From an uncultured Actinomycetes bacterium (GTDB taxonomy: Bacteria; Actinomycetota; Actinomycetes; Streptosporangiales; Streptosporangiaceae), in assembly GCA_963835775.1 (NCBI GenBank), contig CAWIHB010000012.1, forward strand, positions 13,702-77,701: DNA of 64,000 nucleotides, written 5' to 3'. Under the pieces are notes generated by a model. That model saw only the letters and a program-made list of their open reading frames with translations. It was not told the DNA's origin and made no database searches. The stretch's first letter is position 1. The number at the start of each line of letters is the position of its first letter. The position numbers and the translations under genes are program-made. This document shows, piece by piece, positions 1-9,495 of this stretch.

Positions 1-475
1 CCGCTGGAACTGGCGCCAAGGGGAACCAGCTCAGCTTCTTCGCGTTGGTCAGGCAGTAGCCGTAGAACTGCGTGACCCGCAGGATCGTCCAGGGTAGCCC
101 GGAGCTGGCCACGATCTGCTCGGCCTGGAGCTTCGTCTTCGGGTATCCCCAGGAGGCGATGTGGTCGATACCGACGATCGACACGTAGACCAGGTGGGCA
201 GAACCTGTCCGGGACGCGACCGCCACGAGGTTGCGGGTTGCCTCGACGTCGCCCCTCGTGCTGGTCGCGCAGTGAATAATGGCCGCCGCTGCGGTCACCG
301 CCGGCTCGATGCCCTGGCCCGTCCGCAGGTCTGCGGTGAAGAATGTGACGCCCTGCGGGATGGCCCGGTCATGCCGGGCGAGCACGCGGACATCGCAACC
401 GCTGTCCTGTAGTTGCGCGACGACAAGCTTCCCGAGGCGTCCGGTGCCGCCAGTGACAAGGACGGGCGAGGCCAT
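1..475 (-). CDS. NAD(P)H-binding NmrA/atypical-SDR family protein, N-terminal 158 aa (3' end lies left of the window)
   Basis: Own translation from ATG at 475 (absent from ORF track, no stop in window): MASPVLVTGGTGRLGKLVVAQLQDSGCDVRVLARH...; GxxGxxG Rossmann motif; G/C-rich codon position 3. Confidence 0.75.
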   Translation of the reverse strand, partial: MASPVLVTGGTGRLGKLVVAQLQDSGCDVRVLARHDRAIPQGVTFFTADLRTGQGIEPAVTAAAAIIHCATSTRGDVEATRNLVAVASRTGSAHLVYVSIVGIDHIASWGYPKTKLQAEQIVASSGLPWTILRVTQFYGYCLTNAKKLSWFPLAPVPA

Positions 476-672
476 GGGCTCTCCTTATTCTGATTAGCCT
501 TCGACAGGGAGTGAGTTAACCCCGCCCGTTGACAGTGCGCGGCTGCACGATCGTTTCCTCGGTGTAGGACATGGCTGAGCCGGCATGCCGAACGTCAAGT
601 CGGGCCTCCTGTCACATCGGCGGGGATTGGGCGGTCACTTCTATGTCCGGCAACGACAAGGGAATGTGACCG

Positions 673-1060
673 ATGGACGAACAGGACGTGCTCGCGGGAC
701 GGTTCGAGGCCCACCGGGCCCGGCTGCGGGGGTGACCTACCGGACGCTCGGCTCGGTCAACGAGGCTGACGACTCCGTTCAGGAAACCTGGCTGCGGCTG
801 AGCCGCTCTGACTCCGGGAACATCGAGAATCTCGGCGGATGGTTGACGACGGCCGTCGCCCGGGTGTGCCTGGCTATGCTGCAGTCGCGCCGGGACGAGC
901 CAGTGGGGATGCACCTGCCCGAGCCAAACCGCCAGCGACGCGGACGGCATCGACCCCGAGACCGAAGCGCTGCTTGGCGACTCCATCGGTCCCGCGCTAC
1001 TGGTAATCCTGCACACGCTGGCGCGACCGCGGCCGGAGCGAGGCGGCCGCGGCCCAGATC
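673..1060 (+). pseudogene. ECF/SigJ-like sigma-70 factor remnant (frameshifted, region 4 missing)
   Basis: ATG 673 hits TGA at 733. The next frame continues NEADDSVQETWLRLSRS...GGWLTTAVARVCLAMLQSRR (region 2). A third frame gives DPETEALLGDSIGPALLVILHTL. Confidence 0.6.
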
Positions 1061-1119
1061 GCTGCGGTGGCTGCGTCACCGCCGCGTGCGGAGACCGCCG
1101 ACCTGGCCTCGCTGGAACA

Positions 1120-1623
1120 GGTGCGCGGACTGGCTGGCCGGGCTGGAGCGCATCGACGTGCTCATCAACAACGCCGGCCTGGTGCTCGGTGAACGACGGA
1201 TCACCCCGGACGGCCTTGAGCACGTGTTCGCGCTCAACCATCAAGCGCCCTTCCTGCTGACCAACCTGCTGCTGCCGAAGCTGACGGCCTCCGCGCCCGC
1301 GCGGGTGGTCACCCGTGACGTCCGACGCGCACTCCGCCGCCCCGTCTCGACCTCAGCGACCCGAACCTGGAGCACGGGTGGGACAGCTGGCGGTCCTACG
1401 CCAACAGCAAGCTGGCCAACATCTTGTTCACGCGCGAGCTTGCCCGCAGGCTGGACGGCACCGGGGTGACGGCCAACTGCGCACACCCCGGGTGGTGCGG
1501 ACGGGCTTCGGCCGGGAACGCATAGCTTCGCGGGCCCGGCCGGAGGAGGCTGCCGCCAAGGGCGGCACGGCATCGTGGGCCGTTATCGCTGAGCCGTCCG
1601 GCGAGGCAGAGTTTGTTCGTTGA
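1120..1623 (+). pseudogene. short-chain dehydrogenase/reductase remnant (5' truncated, at least 2 frameshifts)
   Basis: IDVLINNAGLVLGERRITPDGLEHVFALNHQAPFLLTNLL, then [19 protein letters not shown] (YxxxK) and [12 protein letters not shown] in other frames. Confidence 0.6.
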
Positions 1624-2011
1624 TGTCCCGCCCGGTGGTGCTGTCGACGTAGGCGGGAATGTCACCTTCGTGGCGGTCGCCGGTTGTCAACGTTCCGGAT
1701 GGTTCGAACATCAAGATGGCGCCGCCCGGTGATGACGGCTTGTGCTCGATGCCCTTGGGGACCACGAAGATGTCACCGGCGCGGAGTTCTGCCGTGCGTT
1801 GCTGGCCATCGGATTCGCGCAGGGTGATATCGAACTGGCCGTCGATCACCAGGAAGAACTCATCGGTGTGCTCGTGGACGTGCCAGACGTGCTCACCGGC
1901 GGCGTGCGCCACTTTGACGTCGTAATCATTGACCCGGCCGACAATGCGTGGGCTGTAGATATCGTCGAAGGTGGCCAGTGCCTGGCTCAGGCTAATGGGC
2001 GTGACTGTCAT
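1583..2011 (-). CDS. cupin domain protein
   Basis: ATG checked at 2011 inside ORF 1583..2392; HVWHVHEHTDEFFLVIDG...GDIFVVPKGIEHKP two-motif cupin signature. Confidence 0.8.
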   Translation of the reverse strand: MTVTPISLSQALATFDDIYSPRIVGRVNDYDVKVAHAAGEHVWHVHEHTDEFFLVIDGQFDITLRESDGQQRTAELRAGDIFVVPKGIEHKPSSPGGAILMFEPSGTLTTGDRHEGDIPAYVDSTTGRDINEQTLPRRTAQR

Positions 2012-2059
2012 GCATTCATCATCGGCGGCGGGAAGACCTGCGTCTTGTACGATCTTGAC

Positions 2060-2923
2060 GTGGACGCGGAGCTGCCGGGCCGTTGCCACGTCGAGGCGTG
2101 GGCGCCGCAGGTGCCGGGGATCCGCGAGGTGTTCCATGCCCGCATGGTGGATTACGCCTATCCGCCGCACTGCCACGAGACCTGGGCAGTCCTCATCGTC
2201 GATGATGGCGCGATCCGTTACGACCTGGACCGCCGCCGCTGCGGAGCAGCGGGCCAGACCGTGACGATCCTGCCCCCCGGAGTGCCACACGACGGTCGCC
2301 CGGCGCCCGGCGCCAGCGGATTCCGCAAGCGCGAGCTCTACCTGGACAGGGCATTCTTGCCGGCTGAGCTGACCGGCGCCGCGGTCGACCACACCACTAT
2401 CAGCGACCCGCCGTTGCGAGGGGCGCTATCCCAGCTTCATGATTGCCTGCTCCAGGACGCGGAGAGCCTCGATGCCGAGGCCAGGCTCGCGCTGATCGCG
2501 GAGCGATTCACTGGCCGCCTGACCCAGGCATCGCTCCCGGCTCGCGCACCGGAACCAGGCATCGCCGGGCAGCTCCGGCAGCTACTCGACGACCACATCA
2601 CCGGCCAGGTCAGCCTGGCCTGGGCCGCCGCCACCCTAGACCGCAGCATCCCGCATCTGGTGCGCAGCTTCACTCGCCAGTTCGGCCTGAGCCCGCACGC
2701 ATACGTGATCGGCTGCCGCATCGAGGCTGCCCGCCGGCTCATGCTGCAGGGCGCCGCGCCCGCCGAGGTGGCCACCGCAGTCGGCTTCTACGACCAGGCG
2801 CACTTCACCCGCCACTTCAAAAGGCACACGGCCACCACCCCGGCCGGATACGCTCGCAGTCACCGAACTGGCAATCTGCGCGCCGCGCCGCCTACGCTAA
2901 CAACCCAAGGTCAAGCGCACTAA
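2060..2923 (+). CDS. AraC family transcriptional regulator (AraC-binding N-domain + HTH)
   Basis: MVDYAYPPHCHETWAVLIVDDG..., C-terminal HAYVIGCRIEAARRLM and FYDQAHFTRHFKR; divergent from the cupin gene. Start uncertain (GTG 2060/2090 or ATG 2144). Confidence 0.8.
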   Translation: MDAELPGRCHVEAWAPQVPGIREVFHARMVDYAYPPHCHETWAVLIVDDGAIRYDLDRRRCGAAGQTVTILPPGVPHDGRPAPGASGFRKRELYLDRAFLPAELTGAAVDHTTISDPPLRGALSQLHDCLLQDAESLDAEARLALIAERFTGRLTQASLPARAPEPGIAGQLRQLLDDHITGQVSLAWAAATLDRSIPHLVRSFTRQFGLSPHAYVIGCRIEAARRLMLQGAAPAEVATAVGFYDQAHFTRHFKRHTATTPAGYARSHRTGNLRAAPPTLTTQGQAH

Positions 2924-2960
2924 ATCGGCGTTTCGTATCCGAGTCACGCTGCTTCTTACG

Positions 2961-3431
2961 TCACGCTCTGTATTCCGCCGAGCTCGGCAGGAAGTAGCCC
3001 GGATGCACGGAATCCGGGTCGACGCCACCGGTCATCCACTGGCCGGTCAGCCAGCCCCCGATGGCTATCGTCACGGCCAGGAACACGATCACCAGCACGC
3101 GCCCGGCGGCCGGGGCGTCTTGGGCCAGCGCGGCGGCCAACAGCATCGCGGTGAGGGCGGAAGACGAAACGAACGGCGACAGAACAGGGTCGCGGAGGTC
3201 GGCCAGGACGATCCGGGGCCCCTGGGCCAGGTACGCGCCGGCCAGCACCAGCCATAGGGCGGCGGCCAGGACGTCAAGCGCGCCGGGAACCGCCTGCACA
3301 GTCCCGAGCACCGGCACGGCCGCATGCCACGCCTGCGCGAGCCCGGCGATGCCCAAGGCGATGCCGAACAGATTCGGCGGAACCCGGGGGCCCAGGAACC
3401 AAGGAGGGAATCGGGGATGATCGAGGCACGG
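2961..3431 (-). pseudogene. TehA/SLAC1 (TDT) family transporter remnant, about the first 150 aa only
   Basis: [22 protein letters not shown]... then 3-4 TM helices ending at stop 2961. The in-frame upstream stretch has no usable start before a TAG, and overlaps the ABC fragment start. Confidence 0.55.
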
Positions 3432-3540
3432 GGCCTAACGAAACGTTACGGGGACAAGGTAGCCGTCGACGACCTGTCGTTCACGGTCCGGCCCGGCCGG
3501 GTGACCGGCTTCCTAGGGCCGAACGGCGCGGGCAAGCCCG
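3417..3540 (+). pseudogene. ABC transporter ATP-binding protein, 5' fragment ending right after Walker A (copy A)
   Basis: RBS aaggaggg + ATG 3417; [40 protein letters not shown] followed by unrelated [10 protein letters not shown]. Confidence 0.8.
3522..3538. repeat. 17-bp direct repeat aacggcgcgggcaagcc (Walker-A codons), copy 1
   Basis: Identical 17-mer recurs at 3840-3856, 318 bp downstream. Confidence 0.9.
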
Positions 3541-3572
3541 TTACCGAATTGAGACAATCATTTTGGCTTCAG
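3539..3572. repeat. junction motif cgttaccgRattgagacWWtcattt..tcag, copy 1
   Basis: Directly follows ggcaagcc. The same motif follows ggcaagcc again at 10462-10494. Confidence 0.85.
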
Positions 3573-3589
3573 GCTGGTTGTCCGGGTCC

Positions 3590-3814
3590 GGGCTGGCTGA
3601 GCAGGCGCTACTGAGCGGGTCTCGGCCGCTGATCAGCGTGACCAGTCGCGCTCAAATAGGTGACAACCTCGCCGCACTCGACTTCGGCCTCCCCGCCGAG
3701 ATCGAGGACCGCCTGGAGGAAGCAAGCCGACCGGCGCTGACCTACCCGTACTACTTTTCCGGCGCGACGATGGGCACTGTCATCAACGCGGGGACGACCA
3801 TATCCTCGCGCTGA
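3590..3814 (+). pseudogene. aldo/keto reductase, C-terminal remnant
   Basis: ISVTSRAQIGDNLAALDFGLPAEIEDRLEEASRPALTYPYYF resembles the AKR C-terminus; no N-terminal barrel present. Confidence 0.5.
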
Positions 3815-3839
3815 CCACCTGGCTGCCGGTAGAAAACCC

Positions 3840-3856
3840 AACGGCGCGGGCAAGCC
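3840..3856. repeat. 17-bp direct repeat aacggcgcgggcaagcc, copy 2
   Basis: Identical to 3522-3538. The downstream sequence is not ABC-like. Confidence 0.9.
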
Positions 3857-3998
3857 GAACTCCGGATATCGACACTTCTTTGATATGGTGCCCGGTTTCC
3901 CTGGGAACCGCAGGTTCCCGTCCGGGGTGCTCGGGGTCTGGCAGCGGTGAGGCCGGGTCATCTGACTGAGCGGGGGATGCGGATGAGCGCCAGCGAGG

Positions 3999-5834
3999 TC
4001 ACGACTCGCGGAGTTCGGGCTGGTACCTGCGTAGCCATTGGTTGAATTGCAGGACGGAGGCGATGGCGTGGGTGGCTAGTGGTGTGCTGGCTGCGGCGAG
4101 GCTGGCGAGGCGCTTCGGGTCGGTTATGGTGCTGAGGGGTGCGTTGCTGTCGGCGGCTACTGCCTTCAGTTCGCGTCGCAGTGCCTGGTCGTAGGCTGGG
4201 TCCTGGGTACGGGGGTAGGGGCTCTTGCGGCGGTTGGCCACGGCCGGGGGGAGCAGGTCGCGGGTGGCGGCCCGGAGCAGGCTTTTCTCCCGCCCGTCGC
4301 TGGTTTTCATCTGCCATGGGGTGGTGTAGAGGTAGTCGACGAGGCGGTGGTCGCAGTAGGGGACGCGGACTTCCAGGCCGTGGGCCATGCTGAGCCGGTC
4401 TTTGCGGTCGAGCAGCCGCGGCAGGAAGTAGGTCAGGTGGAGGTAGGTGATCTCGCGCATGCGGTGTTCGCTGCGGTCGCCGGCGTCGCTGTCGGGGTGC
4501 GGTACTGCGGCGAGGGACTCGCGGTAGATGCCGCGGACGTGGCCGCGGAGGTCGAGCCGGTCGGCGAGCGTTTGGGGGAGGAGCCGGGCGGGTGAGTGCT
4601 GGGGTGACCGGGAGGCGAGCCAGGGAAATGTCGGCGCGCCGACTGCGCCGGGGTCGTGGAAGGTGAGGTAGCCGCCGAAGACCTCGTCGGCGCCCTCGCC
4701 AGATATCGCGACGGTGCAGTGGCGGCGGATCGCGCCGAAGAGCAGGTAGAGGGAGGTGTAGGCGTCGCTGCCGCCGACGGGGGCGTCCATGGCGTCCAGG
4801 ACGGCGGCACGGGCGGCGGGGTCGGCGAGCTGGCTGCTGGACAGCACGATGTCGGTGTGCGCGGTGCCGGCGTGCTCGGCCAGGGCGTGGACGTACGGGG
4901 CGTCGGGGGCGGGCCGGAGGCGGTCGGGGACGAACCTGTCGCTGTGCCCGGTGAAGTCGACGGCGAACGACCGTACCGGCCCGGTCTGCTGGCCGGCGGC
5001 GATCGCGGTGAGCGCGCTGGAGTCCAGGCCTCCCGACAGCAGGGTGCAGACCGGCACATCGGCGGCCATCTGGTCGGCCATGATGTCCTCGAGCAGGCTG
5101 CGGATGGCGCGCGTGGTGGCGGGCAGGCCATCGCGGTGCTCGCGGGCCTGCAGCCGCCAGTAGGCGCGCACGGACCTGCCGGATGCTGACCATTCGATGA
5201 GGTGCCCGGGCGGTACCTCGTAGATGTCGCGGTAGATCGTCTCGCCCGGGCGCTTGATGCCGGTCAGCAGCCGGCGCAGCCCGTCGAGGTCAATGACGGG
5301 CGTGACGTCCGGGTGGGCGAGCAGGGCCTTGGGCTCGGAGCCGAACAGGACTCCGCTGCCGGTGGGGTGGTAGTACAGCGGCTTGACGCCCAGCCTGTCC
5401 CGGACGAGAAGCAGGCGCTGCAGGCGGACGTCCCACAGCGCGAAGGCGAACATGCCGGTCAGCCGGGCGGCCAGGCCGGTGCCCCATTCCTGGTAGCAGC
5501 GCAGCACGACCTCGGTGTCGCTTGCCGTCCGGAACCGGTGCCCCCGGCCGCGCAGTTCCTCACGCAGCCGCCGGTAGTTGTAGACCTCGCCGCAGTAGCT
5601 CAGCACCACGGCCGGCTCATCCTCGTGCCCGTCCCGGCAGGCGATCATCGGCTGGCGGCCCCCGTCTGGGTCGATCACGGCCAGCCGCCGGTGGCTGAGG
5701 ACGGCATGGCCGTCGGCCCATAGCCCGCCGGCATCGGGGCCGCGCGCGGCGATGGCGTCCGTCATGGCCTGCACCCGGGCCGCCAGCGGTGCATGATCGC
5801 CGGAGAAATCCGCCCAGCCGGCGATGCCGCACAT
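3999..5834 (-). CDS. asnB: asparagine synthase (glutamine-hydrolysing)
   Basis: ATG checked at 5834; MCGIAGW (Cys2 glutaminase nucleophile), LLSGGLDSSALTA PP-loop, 611 aa. Confidence 0.9.
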   Translation of the reverse strand: MCGIAGWADFSGDHAPLAARVQAMTDAIAARGPDAGGLWADGHAVLSHRRLAVIDPDGGRQPMIACRDGHEDEPAVVLSYCGEVYNYRRLREELRGRGHRFRTASDTEVVLRCYQEWGTGLAARLTGMFAFALWDVRLQRLLLVRDRLGVKPLYYHPTGSGVLFGSEPKALLAHPDVTPVIDLDGLRRLLTGIKRPGETIYRDIYEVPPGHLIEWSASGRSVRAYWRLQAREHRDGLPATTRAIRSLLEDIMADQMAADVPVCTLLSGGLDSSALTAIAAGQQTGPVRSFAVDFTGHSDRFVPDRLRPAPDAPYVHALAEHAGTAHTDIVLSSSQLADPAARAAVLDAMDAPVGGSDAYTSLYLLFGAIRRHCTVAISGEGADEVFGGYLTFHDPGAVGAPTFPWLASRSPQHSPARLLPQTLADRLDLRGHVRGIYRESLAAVPHPDSDAGDRSEHRMREITYLHLTYFLPRLLDRKDRLSMAHGLEVRVPYCDHRLVDYLYTTPWQMKTSDGREKSLLRAATRDLLPPAVANRRKSPYPRTQDPAYDQALRRELKAVAADSNAPLSTITDPKRLASLAAASTPLATHAIASVLQFNQWLRRYQPELRES

Positions 5835-6086
5835 CAGGCGGCGCCTCCCCGCCTGTCGGCGCTCGCGCCCCCCGCAGGCGCCAGCGGCCCGGCAGGCCGC
5901 CGTGCCGCCTGCCGGGGCGGGAGCGGGCCGAGGGCCTGCGGTGCGGCGAAGACGGCACCGGCAAGACGCTTCAACGAACTCCATGTCATACGTTACATCT
6001 TACTATCTATCATTCGTTGCCTGGCCGGGTAATGCTTAATATTGTGCTAACTGACGAGTTAGGTTCGCACTACAGGGAGATAGTTC

Positions 6087-6102
6087 CTACGTGCTATCGT
6101 AG
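6087..6102. promoter_or_regulatory. inverted repeat ctacg-N6-cgtag in an AT-rich divergent asnB/marR intergenic region (candidate MarR operator)
   Basis: ctacgtgctatcgtag lies 5 bp upstream of the marR-family start. The 5985-6107 region is visibly AT-richer than its surroundings. Confidence 0.3.
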
Positions 6103-6107
6103 TAAAT

Positions 6108-6674
6108 GTGATATCGGATGAGGAACTGCCGGGGATGGCGACGGTGCTGCGCAGGGGCACCACGCGGCTGGCCCGGCGGCTGCGGATGGAACGGCCGGAG
6201 ACGGGAGTGCCGCTGCTGGAGATCAGCGTGCTTGGTCACCTGAGCCGGCGCGGGCCGATGACGCCAGGCGAGATAGCCGCCGCGGAGCGCGTTCAGCCGC
6301 AGACGCTGACGCGCACGCTGGCCGCCCTGGAGGCCGGGGGGCACCTCAGCCGCCACGCCGATGCCGCGGACCGGCGCCGGTCGCTGCTGTCGATCACCGG
6401 CACCGGGCGCGAGGTGCTGGCCCGCGACATGTGGCAGCGTGACAGCTGGCTGTCGCTCGCCATGGCCGCCCAGCTGACCGCCGTCGAATGCCGGCTGCTG
6501 GCACTGGCCGGGGAATTGATGGACCGCCTCGCCGACGCCGAGGTCACGGCGCTGCACGCGGCGCAGCCAGGCCAGCACAGCGATATCTCCGGCTCCGCCG
6601 CCCGCTGCGGCGATGACAGCAGCCGCGCCGGCAGCGGTGACCGCCGCGCAGCCCCGGGACCAGGTCCCGGATGA
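6108..6674 (+). CDS. MarR family transcriptional regulator
   Basis: LLEISVLGHLSRRGPMTPGEIAAAERVQPQTLTRTLAALEAGGHLSRHADAADRRRSLLSIT wHTH; GTG 6108 (alternative ATG 6135); ATGA overlap with the next gene. Confidence 0.85.
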   Translation: MISDEELPGMATVLRRGTTRLARRLRMERPETGVPLLEISVLGHLSRRGPMTPGEIAAAERVQPQTLTRTLAALEAGGHLSRHADAADRRRSLLSITGTGREVLARDMWQRDSWLSLAMAAQLTAVECRLLALAGELMDRLADAEVTALHAAQPGQHSDISGSAARCGDDSSRAGSGDRRAAPGPGPG

Positions 6675-8374
6675 TAGGCAGCGCGCGCCCCGGCCGCCGC
6701 TGGATGGCGGGGCGCGATCCGGGGCTGACGCGGCTGCGGGCAGCGGCGGTCACCATGGCCGCGGCACTGGCCAGCTTCGGCAGCGCGCTGCTGGTCGGCC
6801 ATCTTGCCCGGCTGCCGGCGGGCATCGCGATCCTTGCCGTGGCCATCGGGCTGTCCGTCGGGCGGATCCGGCAGCGGCCAGGAGCCAAGCCGCCGGGCTT
6901 GCCCGGCCTCCTGGTACTGCCCCTCGTCGCGGCAGGCGCGAGCGAGATCAGCACCCAGATGCTCGAGCACCCGGACCTCGGCGACGCGCTGTTCGTCCTC
7001 GCGGTCACCGCCTCGATCTGGGTGCGCCGGTTCGGGCCGCTCGCCACCCGCGCCGGGGCGCTGGCCAGCGTGCCGCTGGCCGCCATCTTGATCATCCCGG
7101 CCCCGGCCATCACCGCCCCCGGCTCATCGGGGAACGCTCCCTGGTGGGCCGCGCTGATCGCGGTCATCGCCCTGGCCTGGTCCGCCGCCGTCCAGCTCAT
7201 CGCGGGCCGCATCCGCCTGCTGCCCCGGCCGTCAGCCCCGCCCCCGCCCCCGCCCGTCAGCAGGGCCGCGTCACCGGGACCACGGTCCCGCCGCCGGATG
7301 CCGGCGAGCACCCGGATGGCACTGCAGATGGCCGCCGCGATCGCCGCCGCCTTCGCCGTTGGCCGCAGCCTCTATCCGGCGCACTGGATGTGGGTGGTCC
7401 TGACCGCGTTCATCGTCTGCAGCGGCAGCCGCAGCCGCGGCGACGTCGCCCACAAGGCGGTCATGCGGGTGCTCGGCGCCGCGGCCGGCACTATCGCCGC
7501 GACCGCGCTCACCGGCGCCTTCCCGCCCGCGGACACCTGGTCGGTCGTGGCGATCTTCGCCGTCCTCACCACGGGGCTGTGGCTGCGGCCGGTCAACTAC
7601 GCCTACTGGGCGGCCGGGATGACCGCCGCGATGGCCCTGCTCTACGGCTACTACGGCCAGCGCGGCATGCACCTGCTCGGCGACCGGGTCGAAGCCATCG
7701 CCATCGGCGCGGCACTCGGGATCGCTGCGTCCTGGATCATCTTCCCTACCCGGACCACCAACCTCGTCCGCCGCGACCTCGCACTCGCCCTGGCCGCGCT
7801 GAGCGACTACCTCGCGGCGACCGGTATCGACACCGCGGCCCTGCCCCGCCTCCAGGCCCGCTTCGAGCAGGCCGTCGCGGCACTCCAGCAGGCCACCAGC
7901 CCGCTCCAGCTGCTCCCCCCGCCCTGGCGCGCCGGTCATGACTACCTACCCGCCGTTACCGCGCTGCGGCAGTGCGCCGCCACCCTGCCCGCGATCACCC
8001 GGCAGGCCGCAACCGCTCCGGCGAGCGAGGACCAGCCCGGCACCGCGACAGCGGCAGCCGGCATCACCGCCAGCATTACCGCGATCCGCCGCCGCCTCGC
8101 CGGCCGCCATCCGCTGCACGCGGCAACATGGCCGCAGCTCGCCGCCAACGTCACAGCCCTCACCGCCGCAACCCGCATCGGCACGCAGTCCGGAAAAGAC
8201 CAGGCTGAAAAAGACGCCTCAAGCACCGCCCAGCAAGAGCCAGCATCGCTTTCAGACAGCAGCCCCGCCGACTCCGGTCATGACCAGTCTCGCCGCCTGC
8301 CAGCCCAGCGCAGCGAATCGGATGACAACCGCGAGCCGGATCCGTGCCAGAGCCTGGGACCTCCGAGCGGTTAG
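6671..8374 (+). CDS. FUSC family (fusaric acid resistance / aromatic acid exporter-like) membrane protein
   Basis: 567 aa with two hydrophobic multi-TM blocks separated and followed by soluble helical regions; coupled to marR, a typical pairing. Confidence 0.75.
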   Translation: MIGSARPGRRWMAGRDPGLTRLRAAAVTMAAALASFGSALLVGHLARLPAGIAILAVAIGLSVGRIRQRPGAKPPGLPGLLVLPLVAAGASEISTQMLEHPDLGDALFVLAVTASIWVRRFGPLATRAGALASVPLAAILIIPAPAITAPGSSGNAPWWAALIAVIALAWSAAVQLIAGRIRLLPRPSAPPPPPPVSRAASPGPRSRRRMPASTRMALQMAAAIAAAFAVGRSLYPAHWMWVVLTAFIVCSGSRSRGDVAHKAVMRVLGAAAGTIAATALTGAFPPADTWSVVAIFAVLTTGLWLRPVNYAYWAAGMTAAMALLYGYYGQRGMHLLGDRVEAIAIGAALGIAASWIIFPTRTTNLVRRDLALALAALSDYLAATGIDTAALPRLQARFEQAVAALQQATSPLQLLPPPWRAGHDYLPAVTALRQCAATLPAITRQAATAPASEDQPGTATAAAGITASITAIRRRLAGRHPLHAATWPQLAANVTALTAATRIGTQSGKDQAEKDASSTAQQEPASLSDSSPADSGHDQSRRLPAQRSESDDNREPDPCQSLGPPSG

Positions 8375-8413
8375 CCGACGCCAAGGCATCTACCAGGCCA
8401 AACCGAATCATAT

Positions 8414-9075
8414 GCCCAGGGCGTCGGCAAGACCACCACGTTCAACGCGTGCAGCGGCCTCGTACGGCCGGCCTCCGGCAAGGTTCTCCTCGGCGGAAGG
8501 AACATCTCGCGGTTCACCCCCGCCAGGCGTGCCCAGGCCGGGATGGGCAGGACCTTCCAGCGCGTCGAACTGTGCGAGAGCCTGCCGGTCTACGACAACA
8601 TCGCGGTCGGCTGCGAGGCGGGCCTGGCCGGCAGCAGCCCGCTCAAGCACGTCCTGTCCCGCCCGGCAACACGGCGCACAATCGATGACCGGGTCTGGGA
8701 CGCCGTCAAGCTCTGCGGCCTGGACTCCGTGGTCAACACCCCGGTGCACGCCCTATCCACAGGGCAGCGGCGGCTCCTGGAACTGGCCAGGTGCCTGGTC
8801 AGCCCGTTCCAGATCCTGCTGCCCGACGAGCCGTCGTCCGGACTCGACCGCAACGAGACGGACCGCTTCGGCGAACTCCTGCAGCGGGTCGTGGCCGAAC
8901 GCGGGCTGGGCATAGTGCTGGTCGAGCACGACATGGACCTCGTCATGCGCGTGTGCTCGACGCTATATGTCCTGAACTACGGGGAACTCATATTCAGCGG
9001 CTCACCCAGCGAGGCCCGCCACTCACCCGTCGTGCAAGCGGCCTACCTGGGCCAGCCCGAACCAGTACAGGGAAG
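8414..9075 (+). pseudogene. LivG-type branched-chain amino acid ABC ATPase, lacking the N-terminus up to Walker A
   Basis: Begins AQGVGKTTTFNACSGLVRPASGKVLLGGRNI...LSTGQRRLLELARCL...LLPDEPSSGLD...AAYLG; follows the FUSC stop in the same frame. No start and no proper stop. Confidence 0.7.
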
Positions 9076-9080
9076 ACGGC

Positions 9081-9368
9081 ATGACAGCCACCGCCGATCC
9101 ACAGCCAGCTCCCCCTCTGGAGCTCCGGGGCATCCACGCCGGCTACGGCAAGGTGCCGGTCCTGCGGGACATCAGCGTGATCGTGCCATGCGGGTCCATC
9201 GTCACCTTGCTGGGAGCCAACGGCGCCGGCAAGACTACGATGCTCCGGGTGCTTCTCGGCCTGGTGCGGCCCACCAGCGGTCAGGCCACGATCTGGGCCA
9301 AGCCGTACCGGGAGCTGGGGAATCAGCGGCGCCGGGCTGCCGTCATATACGGACATGACGTAGCGTGA
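9081..9368 (+). pseudogene. chimeric ABC ATPase fragment: LivF-type N-terminus joined at Walker A to a BcrA/DrrA-type segment, truncated
   Basis: LELRGIHAGYGKVPVLRDISVIVPCGSIVTLLGANGAGKTT (LivF-like), then MLRVLLGLVRPTSGQATIWAKPYRELGN, parallel to TTTMRMILGLDRPAAGSVTVNGKPYAEL at 14194; stop after 95 aa. Confidence 0.55.
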
Positions 9369-9495
9369 CAGGGAAATCGGGCGCCCAGCGCTCAGGACCA
9401 CGCAGATCCCTGCCGATTACGGACGGGAGGCCGTCGCCGGCAGACCATCGCATACCGGGCGGCAGAACGCCTGGTTATGGCTGGCCGGGTCGGGG

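Noticed and set aside
3903-3919. Stem-loop gggaacc-gca-ggttccc as the asnB terminator
   Set aside because: The loop is only 3 nt, there is no U-tract on the relevant strand, and it lies about 80 nt from the stop. The support is too weak.
3999-5834. Lasso-peptide cyclase / RiPP cluster, on the basis of an isolated asparagine-synthase homologue
   Set aside because: The protein keeps the MCGIAG glutaminase nucleophile typical of true AsnB enzymes. No precursor peptide, B-protein/protease or dedicated exporter lies beside it.
5835-5984. 50-codon N-terminal extension of asnB suggested by ORF 3999..5984
   Set aside because: The extension is Arg/Ala/Pro-rich and non-conserved-looking. Class II amidotransferases must begin Met-Cys so that Cys becomes the N-terminal nucleophile.
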